From the IMG/VR virus record IMGVR_UViG_3300021197_001333, positions 1-62,780 of that record: 62,780 nt of DNA; one strand, given 5' to 3'. Position numbers and translations under genes: made by a program. This document shows, piece by piece, positions 53,894 to 61,713 of this stretch (the stretch's first letter is position 1; every line of letters begins with the position of its first letter). Source of the DNA: a virus. Lineage: Duplodnaviria > Caudoviricetes. The notes beneath the pieces are model-generated. The model saw only the letters and a program-made list of their open reading frames with translations. It ran no database searches and was not told the DNA's origin.

Positions 53894-54013
53894 ATGGAAG
53901 ATGAAACCCCTATGTGTGCAAACTGTGGAGAGAGAGAAGTCGAGGTTGAAGGTCAGCCTTGCTCTAAAGAATGTCGTGATGAGTACATCGCGGATTGGCT
54001 AACTGAAAAATAA
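53894..54013 (+). CDS. 39-aa Cys4 zinc-finger peptide (not in the ORF track)
   Basis: MEDETPMCANCGEREVEVEGQPCSKECRDEYIADWLTEK. Confidence 0.5.
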   Translation: MEDETPMCANCGEREVEVEGQPCSKECRDEYIADWLTEK

Positions 54014-54029
54014 TCAATCAATAAATTAG

Positions 54030-54057
54030 GAATTGCACAATATATGCACTATATTTG
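54030..54057 (+). promoter_or_regulatory. early promoter 3 (GAATTGCAC-N11-TATATTTG)
   Basis: TAnnTTTG element with the conserved upstream block. Confidence 0.7.
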
Positions 54058-54078
54058 TACAATCAATAAACAATCAAT

Positions 54079-54094
54079 GAGGGTTCAAACCCTC
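54079..54094 (+). repeat. GAGGGTTCAAACCCTC motif in the 5' leader of the GATase-GGCT gene
   Basis: Exact copy between promoter 3 and ATG 54112. Confidence 0.9.
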
Positions 54095-54111
54095 ACTAAA
54101 CAAACAACACA

Positions 54112-55200
54112 ATGTGTGTAATTATTATCAAACAAAAGTCTAACATCATCTCGAAAGAGACGTTAGAAAATTCGGCACGAATTAATCCTCATGGACTTGG
54201 GATTACGTTCCTCGATACCTTCGAGACCACCTATCATAAGTCATCAGAGTACGAGTCATTATTAACCGAGCGACCTTTTATTGCTCATTTTAGATATGCT
54301 ACAGTCGGGAAGGTTGGGTTATCCAACACACACCCTTTTGTATGTGGTGAGTTAAAGCATGAGTTACTTATGCAGAACGGAACTATTAAGGGGTTGGGAA
54401 CTAAAGAGAAATGCGACAGTAAAGTGTTAGCAGAAAATCTAGGTGATATACCTCGCGAACAATGGAAGGCAGAGTTAAGTAAGTACGATTCAAGATTCGT
54501 TTCCATCAACACCAAAGACAAATCTTTTCAGATATATAACAGAGATAAATACACCAAGCGCGATGGTGTGTGGTACTCTAAGTCAAATGTATTGCAAGAG
54601 AATGTCGTGGCTGTTTACGGAACGCTAAAGAAAGACAATAGTAACTATCACAATTACTTAAGGTCATCAAGGTTTTTAGGCAGTGGAGAGACACAGACTA
54701 AATACCCTTTAATCATCAGTGGCTTACCCTATCTTCTATCTTCGGAGGGAGTAGGACACAATGTAGAGGTTGATGTGTTTAAGGTCAATGACACCACCTT
54801 TGCCGACCTTGATAGGTTGGAAGGACATCCTACATGGTATCAGAGACGAGAGGTTCCAATTAAGATGAACGATGGTAGAGTGATAACGTGTTGGATATAC
54901 TTCAACGACACACAACCATTAGGCAATCACCAATGTCATAAAACATATGCGCCTCAACCTATTGTAAAAAAGTTTCCTTTTTCTCATTACGAACCGATGC
55001 AAAGAAGTGTTGATAATCATAATCAATCACGATTATGGGATGACATATTTCCTCAAGAGGAAACAGATGACAAGCCTTATTGCATTGAGTGTTACAACGA
55101 CTTAATCAAAGATGAGTTGTCGGGAGATAGCTTTCAATGTATAGCGTGTGGAAGCGAGTACACCACAGAAGAAGTTTCAAGTAATCATTTTAATATATAA
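54112..55200 (+). CDS. class II glutamine amidotransferase fused to a gamma-glutamylcyclotransferase (AIG2-like) domain and a C-terminal zinc ribbon
   Basis: N-terminal MC nucleophile, NPHG.G, AHFRYAT.G...NTHPF, QNG, DS; then VAVYGTLK...LDRLEGHP.WY.R; CIEC...CIAC. Confidence 0.85.
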   Translation: MCVIIIKQKSNIISKETLENSARINPHGLGITFLDTFETTYHKSSEYESLLTERPFIAHFRYATVGKVGLSNTHPFVCGELKHELLMQNGTIKGLGTKEKCDSKVLAENLGDIPREQWKAELSKYDSRFVSINTKDKSFQIYNRDKYTKRDGVWYSKSNVLQENVVAVYGTLKKDNSNYHNYLRSSRFLGSGETQTKYPLIISGLPYLLSSEGVGHNVEVDVFKVNDTTFADLDRLEGHPTWYQRREVPIKMNDGRVITCWIYFNDTQPLGNHQCHKTYAPQPIVKKFPFSHYEPMQRSVDNHNQSRLWDDIFPQEETDDKPYCIECYNDLIKDELSGDSFQCIACGSEYTTEEVSSNHFNI

Positions 55201-55205
55201 TAACC

Positions 55206-55463
55206 ATGTCACCTAAAAAACAAAACTATTTTGAATGGACACCTAAGCGTGTTCAAGAGTTTGCATCAATTTATGCGGGTAACTTTCAAGGGAAAGATAA
55301 ACGCTTTAAACGTAAAGACTTTATAGGTTTACGCTATGATGCTAAAGTAAAGAAGTATAAAAGATTAGTAACTAAGCTAGAGGGTAAAGACAAACCTTCT
55401 CGGTTGTGCGAATGTAATTACAAACCTTCTTTATGGAACAGAATCAAACGCAGACTACTTTGA
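55206..55463 (+). CDS. hypothetical basic protein
   Basis: 85-aa ORF. Confidence 0.55.
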   Translation: MSPKKQNYFEWTPKRVQEFASIYAGNFQGKDKRFKRKDFIGLRYDAKVKKYKRLVTKLEGKDKPSRLCECNYKPSLWNRIKRRLL

Positions 55464-55693
55464 TTAAAGTAGAGTTTCTCTCTCAAGATGGAAATAAAAC
55501 TCATATAGCCAACTTCATAGATGAAGATATGTATATTGAGTGTATTGAAATTCTTGAGTCTCAAGCAAAAAAAAATAACGCTATTCTTATTGAGACTATC
55601 GAGGGTTTAAAACCTCGTCTTAAGTGGGAGGGAGTAGATAAAATTATTCATCAAGGTTATTGGTATGCCAAGTACACTGACCTTCAACATTAA
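55433..55693 (+). CDS. hypothetical protein containing a variant motif at 55601-55616
   Basis: 86-aa ORF. Confidence 0.5.
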   Translation: MEQNQTQTTLIKVEFLSQDGNKTHIANFIDEDMYIECIEILESQAKKNNAILIETIEGLKPRLKWEGVDKIIHQGYWYAKYTDLQH

Positions 55694-55697
55694 AACA

Positions 55698-55937
55698 ATG
55701 GCTATTTTAATTAAAATAGATGGCACTATCGTAGAAGATATTGCAATAGACTCTTTAGCAAAGCAACAAGAACTTGTTGATGGATACATAGAGTATGTAT
55801 ATAAAGACGGTAAAGTTTTTATAGTAAACGAAGAAGGACTGCTACGTTCTATGCCAATAAACGAAACCGCATCGAAAGAGTACGGGAGTATATTAGTTGG
55901 TGATGTAATAGTTGCTGACGATAGTGAAATAGATTAA
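55698..55937 (+). CDS. DUF3846-like protein
   Basis: L...Q.LVDGYIE...IVNEEG.L...P.N..AS....LVGDV.V; start moved to ATG 55698. Confidence 0.7.
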   Translation: MAILIKIDGTIVEDIAIDSLAKQQELVDGYIEYVYKDGKVFIVNEEGLLRSMPINETASKEYGSILVGDVIVADDSEID

Positions 55938-55948
55938 CCCCAAACAAT

Positions 55949-56329
55949 ATGAAAAGTTTTTTTTTAAAGGCTTCGAGGTATGCAAAGCGCACACAAGATA
56001 GCCGAGACAGAATCCAAACCTTACAGCAAATGGCAGATAAAACTGAGTGGAACATCAAAGACTTTACTCAGTTCGGACAGCTTATGCCCCGCAAAGAATT
56101 TACAGCAGAGTATGACACTTCTATATACAATCTCAACGATGAGTGTACAGATGTAATGATGTATCCTCAGATGTATTACATACAGATGTTAAAAAGCGGG
56201 ATATGGGCGTATAAAAATATCTTTGATAAGATAACCTATGAAAATAGAAAGTTAGAAAAAGTAGAAGAATATCTATTTCAACACATAATTGATATTGAGG
56301 AGAGAACTGATTTTAAAGGTTACCGATAA
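55949..56329 (+). CDS. hypothetical protein
   Basis: 126-aa ORF. Confidence 0.6.
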   Translation: MKSFFLKASRYAKRTQDSRDRIQTLQQMADKTEWNIKDFTQFGQLMPRKEFTAEYDTSIYNLNDECTDVMMYPQMYYIQMLKSGIWAYKNIFDKITYENRKLEKVEEYLFQHIIDIEERTDFKGYR

Positions 56330-56397
56330 AAAGTTGCACAAAATTTGTACAATAATTAAACATGTTGTATATTTACAATCCAATTAAATTAAATGTA

Positions 56398-56589
56398 ATG
56401 TCAAACACAAAAACACTTCTTGAGGAAACTCAGGACGACGACAAATACTTGGACGATGAGTACCAAGCAAAGTCTCAGCGAGGGTTCAAACCCTCTCCAC
56501 ACGATATAGTATTAACTGATTTTTTCGAGTACCTATTTACGGGCAAGAGAGAACCTAAAAAAAGAAACAATGAAAGAGGAAATCTTTGA
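56398..56589 (+). CDS. hypothetical protein containing a motif copy at 56480-56495
   Basis: Start probably ATG 56398, downstream of TATATTTA at 56368-56375; the motif reads RGFKPS here. Confidence 0.5.
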   Translation: MSNTKTLLEETQDDDKYLDDEYQAKSQRGFKPSPHDIVLTDFFEYLFTGKREPKKRNNERGNL

Positions 56590-56896
56590 GTATTATTGTC
56601 GTAGTGTATGCCATAGATTCAACCTTTCGTATAAAGACCTTTTTGTAAAGAGCAAAATTCGAAATGTAGTTGATGCAAGATATCTTTTATTCTATCTATG
56701 CCATCAACGACCTATGAGAATACGAGACATACAACAGTTTATGAGCGAGAGAGGTTACTCCACTGAGCATACGACTATTATGTATGGTCTTAAACGTGTT
56801 ACATCCCTTGTAAAAAATGACACAGATTATAAAGTATTAATAAAAGAATTAAAGGAACATGTCATTCAGCCTGAGGGAAGTATTCGACCAAGCTAA
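56570..56896 (+). CDS. DnaA C-terminal (domain IV)-like HTH protein
   Basis: KS..R.VVDAR....YL....H.TI.YG pattern. Confidence 0.65.
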   Translation: MKEEIFEYYCRSVCHRFNLSYKDLFVKSKIRNVVDARYLLFYLCHQRPMRIRDIQQFMSERGYSTEHTTIMYGLKRVTSLVKNDTDYKVLIKELKEHVIQPEGSIRPS

Positions 56897-57314
56897 ACAA
56901 GATAGATTCTCAGTCAATGTAAACGCTGCTCCTTTTGAGGGGAGGTTGTTGCATGGAATAAAGATTGTGAGTTGCTATCGCATAAAAGATAATGCCAATG
57001 AAATAACAATTTTAAACACCCAAAAAGGGGGTGCCTTTTATGAAGAGATTAGTCCAAGAGACTACGATTCATTTAAGTTTTTCGGATGGAATATAGGGGT
57101 ATATATTTTATCTATGTCTAACTGTATCAGCAAGATAAATAGACTTGAAGAGACAATTAAACTAGAAGAGATAAGAGAACCCCAACGTCCTAAATATATA
57201 GAGGGAATAGTGAGGCAAATAGAAAAAACAAAAAAGCTCCACCTTATTCTCACCAATAAATACAATAAATTAAATACAAACAGTCATGGCGACAACAAAA
57301 AAATCAGTTTTTGA
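56859..57314 (+). CDS. hypothetical protein
   Basis: 151-aa ORF overlapping both neighbours. Confidence 0.55.
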   Translation: MSFSLREVFDQAKQDRFSVNVNAAPFEGRLLHGIKIVSCYRIKDNANEITILNTQKGGAFYEEISPRDYDSFKFFGWNIGVYILSMSNCISKINRLEETIKLEEIREPQRPKYIEGIVRQIEKTKKLHLILTNKYNKLNTNSHGDNKKISF

Positions 57315-57888
57315 TACGTTATCTGCAATCAACGTAAACAAGTATGTAGAAAAAAAGGGAGGTCTCGATTATATATCGTGGTCTAACGTGTGGAGGTTAC
57401 TCAAAACATCGTATCCTGACGCTAACAGAAAGATATATGAGTGCGAAACCACGGGGCTTAATTATTTTAGCGATGGTAAATCTTGCTATGTCAAAGTAGG
57501 TATAACAGTAAACAAGCAAGAGATAGTAGATATGCTCCCTGTAATGGATTATCGTAACAGGTCTATACCTATGGAGAAATTAACGTCGATGGATGTTAAC
57601 AGTGCCATACAGAGAAGTACAGTTAAAGCAATCGCGATGCATGGTCTAGGTATTAATGTATATACGGGAGAAGATGTACCTGACCCGACACCTGAGCCTC
57701 AAGAGTTACCATCTATGACACCTAAGTCTCCTTCGTGGTCAGCCGTAGAGAGTTTTATAATAGAATCACGCCACGAAGAGTTCAGCAAAATTGTTGAGCG
57801 CATCTCTTCAAAGTATAAGTTTACTACCGCTTCAATATCTAAACTTAAGTCAGTTTATGACGAGGCTAATGAAGAGAAGAACGTATGA
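57286..57888 (+). CDS. Sak/Rad52-like single-strand annealing protein (DUF1071-like)
   Basis: LS.INVN..VEKK..L.YISWS..W...LPVMDYRN...DVN.AIQR..VKAIAMHGLG...Y.GED. Confidence 0.85.
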   Translation: MATTKKSVFDTLSAINVNKYVEKKGGLDYISWSNVWRLLKTSYPDANRKIYECETTGLNYFSDGKSCYVKVGITVNKQEIVDMLPVMDYRNRSIPMEKLTSMDVNSAIQRSTVKAIAMHGLGINVYTGEDVPDPTPEPQELPSMTPKSPSWSAVESFIIESRHEEFSKIVERISSKYKFTTASISKLKSVYDEANEEKNV

Positions 57889-58613
57889 ATGATATAGATA
57901 AACTCAGAGACGATAATGAATATTACTCAGGTATAGGTAGAAAGTACCTCTCAAATTCGGACATAGGTAAATTGCTAGGGAACCCAAAAGAATTTGGGGT
58001 GCCTCAGGACGACAATATTAACTTTGCTAAGGGTAGGCACTTCCATCAGATGATATTGGAGCCTGAGAAGGCTAAAAACGTGCGTCATGTGGATGCATCT
58101 ACTCGGTCAACGAAGCTATATAAAAACTTCTTAGAAGAAACAGGTCTCCCATTCTGTATGTTGACCAAAGAAAAGGAAGGTATAGAAGAGAATGTAAAGA
58201 CGATGTTAGGAAACTTTGAGTTCTATCAAAGTATTCGTGCCGAGGGAAATCTATATGAAGAACCTGCGATTGGTGAAATCAAAGGGCTAATGTGGAAAGG
58301 AAAGGCTGATATCATTACTAAAGACTGTATCATAGACCTAAAGACTACGGGTAATATCAATGACTTCAAGTGGTCTGCTCGTAAGTATAATTACGATAGT
58401 CAATGTTATATCTACCAAACTCTGTTTGGGAAACCTTTAGTATTCTACGCTATAGATAAAGGCTCTAACATGCTAGGGATGTTCACTCCTTCGGAAGATT
58501 TTATTTCTAGAGGGGAAGAGAAAGTCGAAAGAGCGATAGAGGTTTATAAGAAGTTCTTTATTGATGATGCCCCTAAAAAGATAGACGACTATTATATCAA
58601 CGATGTTATCTAA
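57885..58613 (+). CDS. PD-(D/E)xK exonuclease (RecE/DUF3799-like)
   Basis: LSNS, G..FH..ILEP, KGKAD...IDLKTT, Y.YD.Q.YIY. Confidence 0.85.
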   Translation: MNDIDKLRDDNEYYSGIGRKYLSNSDIGKLLGNPKEFGVPQDDNINFAKGRHFHQMILEPEKAKNVRHVDASTRSTKLYKNFLEETGLPFCMLTKEKEGIEENVKTMLGNFEFYQSIRAEGNLYEEPAIGEIKGLMWKGKADIITKDCIIDLKTTGNINDFKWSARKYNYDSQCYIYQTLFGKPLVFYAIDKGSNMLGMFTPSEDFISRGEEKVERAIEVYKKFFIDDAPKKIDDYYINDVI

Positions 58614-58767
58614 GATATACCATAGGTTAAAACAATGGTTGCGGAAAGTCCGTAAACTAAACATAATGCAGATAGAAGTTCCAACTGTCTGCAATTCACC
58701 GAAAGAGAAAAAACAAATTATCGACTCAGTGAAAATTTTTTTGGAGCAAACAATTAAATATAAGTAA
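58603..58767 (+). CDS. hypothetical 54-aa protein (not in the ORF track)
   Basis: MLSKIYHRLKQWLRKVRK...LEQTIKYK fills the gap. Confidence 0.45.
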   Translation: MLSKIYHRLKQWLRKVRKLNIMQIEVPTVCNSPKEKKQIIDSVKIFLEQTIKYK

Positions 58768-58769
58768 TC

Positions 58770-59060
58770 ATGTCAAAACAAGACGACAAGATTTTTGGGG
58801 AAGGTATCTTCTTCAAACAAAAAGACAACGCACCATCATTTGTTATGGGCGCAGTATCAATCAAGGTGGATGAGTTCATCGTATTCCTAAAAGAAAATGA
58901 AAAAAAGGGATGGGTAAACTTAGACCTAAAAGAATCTAAGGGAGGTAAGCACTACTTCCAACTAGACACTTGGGAGCCTAACCCCAAGATGGGTAAAGAG
59001 AAGCCTGTAGCAAAAGCTAAGGCAAGTGCGCCTGTAGATACAGACGAGATACCATTCTAG
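58770..59060 (+). CDS. putative single-stranded DNA-binding protein
   Basis: Short beta-rich domain with an acidic DTDEIPF tail, following SSAP and exonuclease. Confidence 0.6.
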   Translation: MSKQDDKIFGEGIFFKQKDNAPSFVMGAVSIKVDEFIVFLKENEKKGWVNLDLKESKGGKHYFQLDTWEPNPKMGKEKPVAKAKASAPVDTDEIPF

Positions 59061-59080
59061 GTATATTGTGAATGAAGAAA

Positions 59081-59127
59081 GGGGTATGGTATCGTATCCA
59101 AAAAGATACAGTACTGTACCCTTTTTT
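59081..59127 (+). terminator. intrinsic terminator after the SSB-like gene
   Basis: GGGTATGGTA...TACTGTACCC hairpin followed by T6. Confidence 0.65.
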
Positions 59128-59133
59128 AAATTT

Positions 59134-59279
59134 ATGTCGAAAGTCGAAAAAGAATGAGTACATTACCCCCCTTTATATATATACTATATTTTTTTATTCC
59201 TTGTATACGAGAGAAAAAAATAAGCATTATAAGCAGTAGTTTAAAAATCAATTAGTTACAAAACACAAAATAAGCATTA
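59134..59279. other. origin-like module B upstream of the primase
   Basis: (TA)n, T tract, repeated TAAGCA, IHF-consensus AATCAATTAGTTA (59246-59258). Confidence 0.45.
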
Positions 59280-59286
59280 AATTGTC

Positions 59287-61713
59287 ATGGACACGACACA
59301 ATCGCAAGATATAACTATCTTTAAAAATATAAGAGAGACCTCAACCCCTTTCCATAGACATGTTGGATTTGTTTTAGACCGCATCAGAAATGGAGCAAGT
59401 AAAACCCTAGTTAAGAAAATCAGAAAAGAGAAAGAGAAATCTAGACGTAATGAATTAAAGAAAGATTTACCCGCGATTTGTTTTAGCGGGAAGTTTGTTA
59501 AAAGAACAGACAACTCTTTACAAGAGCATAGTGGGTTTATATGTTTAGACTTTGATGGATATGCAAAAAACAAAGACTTAGTATCGGATAAAGAGAAACT
59601 ATCTAAAGACAGATATGTGTATTCGGTATTTATCTCACCATCAGGAGCAGGACTCAAAGCATTAATTAAAATACCTAGAGACCCATCCAATCACACCAAC
59701 TATTTTAACTCACTTGAGAAATACTTCGACAACCCACACTTTGATAAAACATCAAAGAACATCAGTCGTGTATGTTATGAGTCATACGACCCTTTACTAT
59801 TCATCAACACCAACTCTTCTATTTGGGAGAAGATAGATGAACAACAATATGAAGAAGTAACACGGAGAGACCCACCAACTATTCCTATTACAGATGAGAA
59901 TAAGATTGTAGATATCCTTGTAAAGTGGTGGATAAAAAAGTATCCTATGACGGAAGGTCAACGCAACCAACACGCATATGTACTAGCTATGGCCTTTAAT
60001 GATTTTGGGATATATAAAAACTTAGCAACAAATATTCTTCGCCGATATGCTACCGATGATTTTAATGAAGAGGAAATAGATAGGACTATAGACTCTGCCT
60101 ACAGCCGAGTAGACAACTTCGGAACGAAGTACTATGAGGACGATGAGAAGATAAACTCTATTCGTAATCAACTAAAGCGAGGTGCATCAAAAAAAGAAAT
60201 TCGCTCCCAACTAAAGGAGACCAACTTGGAGAGCGATGTTATTGAGGCTGTTCTCAATCGGGTCGAAGCAGATAATGAGAAGCAAATCTTTTGGACGAAG
60301 AGTGATAAAGGAGTAATAAAGATTGAGCATATAGAGTTTAAGAGATTCTTAGAAGATAATGGATTCTATAAATTTTGCCCCGAAGGAGGGAAGAACTATG
60401 TCTTTGTGAAGGTAACCAACAACCTTATCGACCATACGTCCGAGAAAGAGATTAAAGATTTTATCTTAGACTATCTTCTTGAGCTTGGGGATGCAAGCAT
60501 ATATAACTTCTTCGCTGAGTGTACTAGGTACTTTCGTGAGGAGTTCCTTACGTTACTTGCTACCATTGATATCTTCTTTGTGGAGGACACTAAAGACACT
60601 TCGTATCTGTACTACCTCAACTGCTCTATTCGTATAACTCAGAAAGAGGTTACGATTATAGATTATCTTGACTTAGGAGGTTATGTGTGGAAAGACCATG
60701 TTATAAATAGAAACTTTAATATCTGTGAGATAGGAGATTGTCATTATGCTAAATTTATAGGTAATATATGTAACAATGAAAGTGGAAGGATAGCTACTAT
60801 GGAGTCTACTATTGGGTATATGATGCATGGGTATAAAAACCTAAGCTACTGCCCGGCGGTAATTCTTAACGATGAAGTGATTAGTGATAACCCTGAGGGT
60901 GGAACGGGTAAGGGTTTATTTATGAATGCTCTTAGTCATATGAAGAAGCTTGTCGTAATAGACGGAAAGGCGTTTGCCTTTGAACGTTCTTTTCCATATC
61001 AGCTAGTGAGTGCTGATACTCAGCTATTATGTTTTGATGATGTTAAAAAGAGTTTTGACTTTGAGAGATTGTTCAGCGTAGTAACCGAAGGTTTAACCCT
61101 TGAGAAGAAGAACAAGGATGCTATTAAAATTCCATTTAGCAAATCTCCTAAGGTAGCTATTACTACTAATTATGCTATCAAAGGTTCGGGTAACTCTTTT
61201 GCACGAAGGAAATGGGAGTTAGAGTTACATCAGTATTACAACAAAAACAAAACTCCTCTTATGGAGTTTAAGAAACACTTCTTTGCCGATTGGGATGATA
61301 CCGATTGGTGTAAGTTTGACAACTTTATGGTGTACTGCTTACGTGGATATCTCAAGACAGGGTTGGTAGAGAGTACATTTATTAATCTTGGGGTGAGACA
61401 ACTGTCTGCTGCTACGAGCCATGATTTCATAGAGTGGTGTGGATTGCTTAAGGGAACTGTTCCTAATGCTTATCTTGAATTGGATTGCAAAACATACAAA
61501 TCTGACATATACCTAGACTTCATTACAGAGTATCCTGACTATGGACCGAAAGCTAAAATGACTATCTCTCGGACTTTATTCTACCGATGGTTGATTAGAT
61601 ACTGTATGTACAAACATAATATGGAGCCGGAAGAGGGAAGAGATTCTACGGGAAGATGGATTAAAATCAGAAAGAAGAATACCACAGAAGTTCAATCCTC
61701 GTTAATATTATGA
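59287..61713 (+). CDS. primase-helicase (BT4734/VirE-N-type primase domain, PriCT-like region, SF3-like NTPase)
   Basis: K..LP.ICFSG.F...HSG.ICLDFD, F.SPSG.GLK, D.....SR.C..S.DP; G.RN; GGTGKG Walker A, FDD Walker B, ITTN. Confidence 0.85.
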   Translation: MDTTQSQDITIFKNIRETSTPFHRHVGFVLDRIRNGASKTLVKKIRKEKEKSRRNELKKDLPAICFSGKFVKRTDNSLQEHSGFICLDFDGYAKNKDLVSDKEKLSKDRYVYSVFISPSGAGLKALIKIPRDPSNHTNYFNSLEKYFDNPHFDKTSKNISRVCYESYDPLLFINTNSSIWEKIDEQQYEEVTRRDPPTIPITDENKIVDILVKWWIKKYPMTEGQRNQHAYVLAMAFNDFGIYKNLATNILRRYATDDFNEEEIDRTIDSAYSRVDNFGTKYYEDDEKINSIRNQLKRGASKKEIRSQLKETNLESDVIEAVLNRVEADNEKQIFWTKSDKGVIKIEHIEFKRFLEDNGFYKFCPEGGKNYVFVKVTNNLIDHTSEKEIKDFILDYLLELGDASIYNFFAECTRYFREEFLTLLATIDIFFVEDTKDTSYLYYLNCSIRITQKEVTIIDYLDLGGYVWKDHVINRNFNICEIGDCHYAKFIGNICNNESGRIATMESTIGYMMHGYKNLSYCPAVILNDEVISDNPEGGTGKGLFMNALSHMKKLVVIDGKAFAFERSFPYQLVSADTQLLCFDDVKKSFDFERLFSVVTEGLTLEKKNKDAIKIPFSKSPKVAITTNYAIKGSGNSFARRKWELELHQYYNKNKTPLMEFKKHFFADWDDTDWCKFDNFMVYCLRGYLKTGLVESTFINLGVRQLSAATSHDFIEWCGLLKGTVPNAYLELDCKTYKSDIYLDFITEYPDYGPKAKMTISRTLFYRWLIRYCMYKHNMEPEEGRDSTGRWIKIRKKNTTEVQSSLIL

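Noticed and set aside
49154-56495. Repeated 16-mer as a CRISPR array
   Set aside because: Spacing is irregular (hundreds to thousands of bp), some copies lie inside ORFs, and no cas genes are present.
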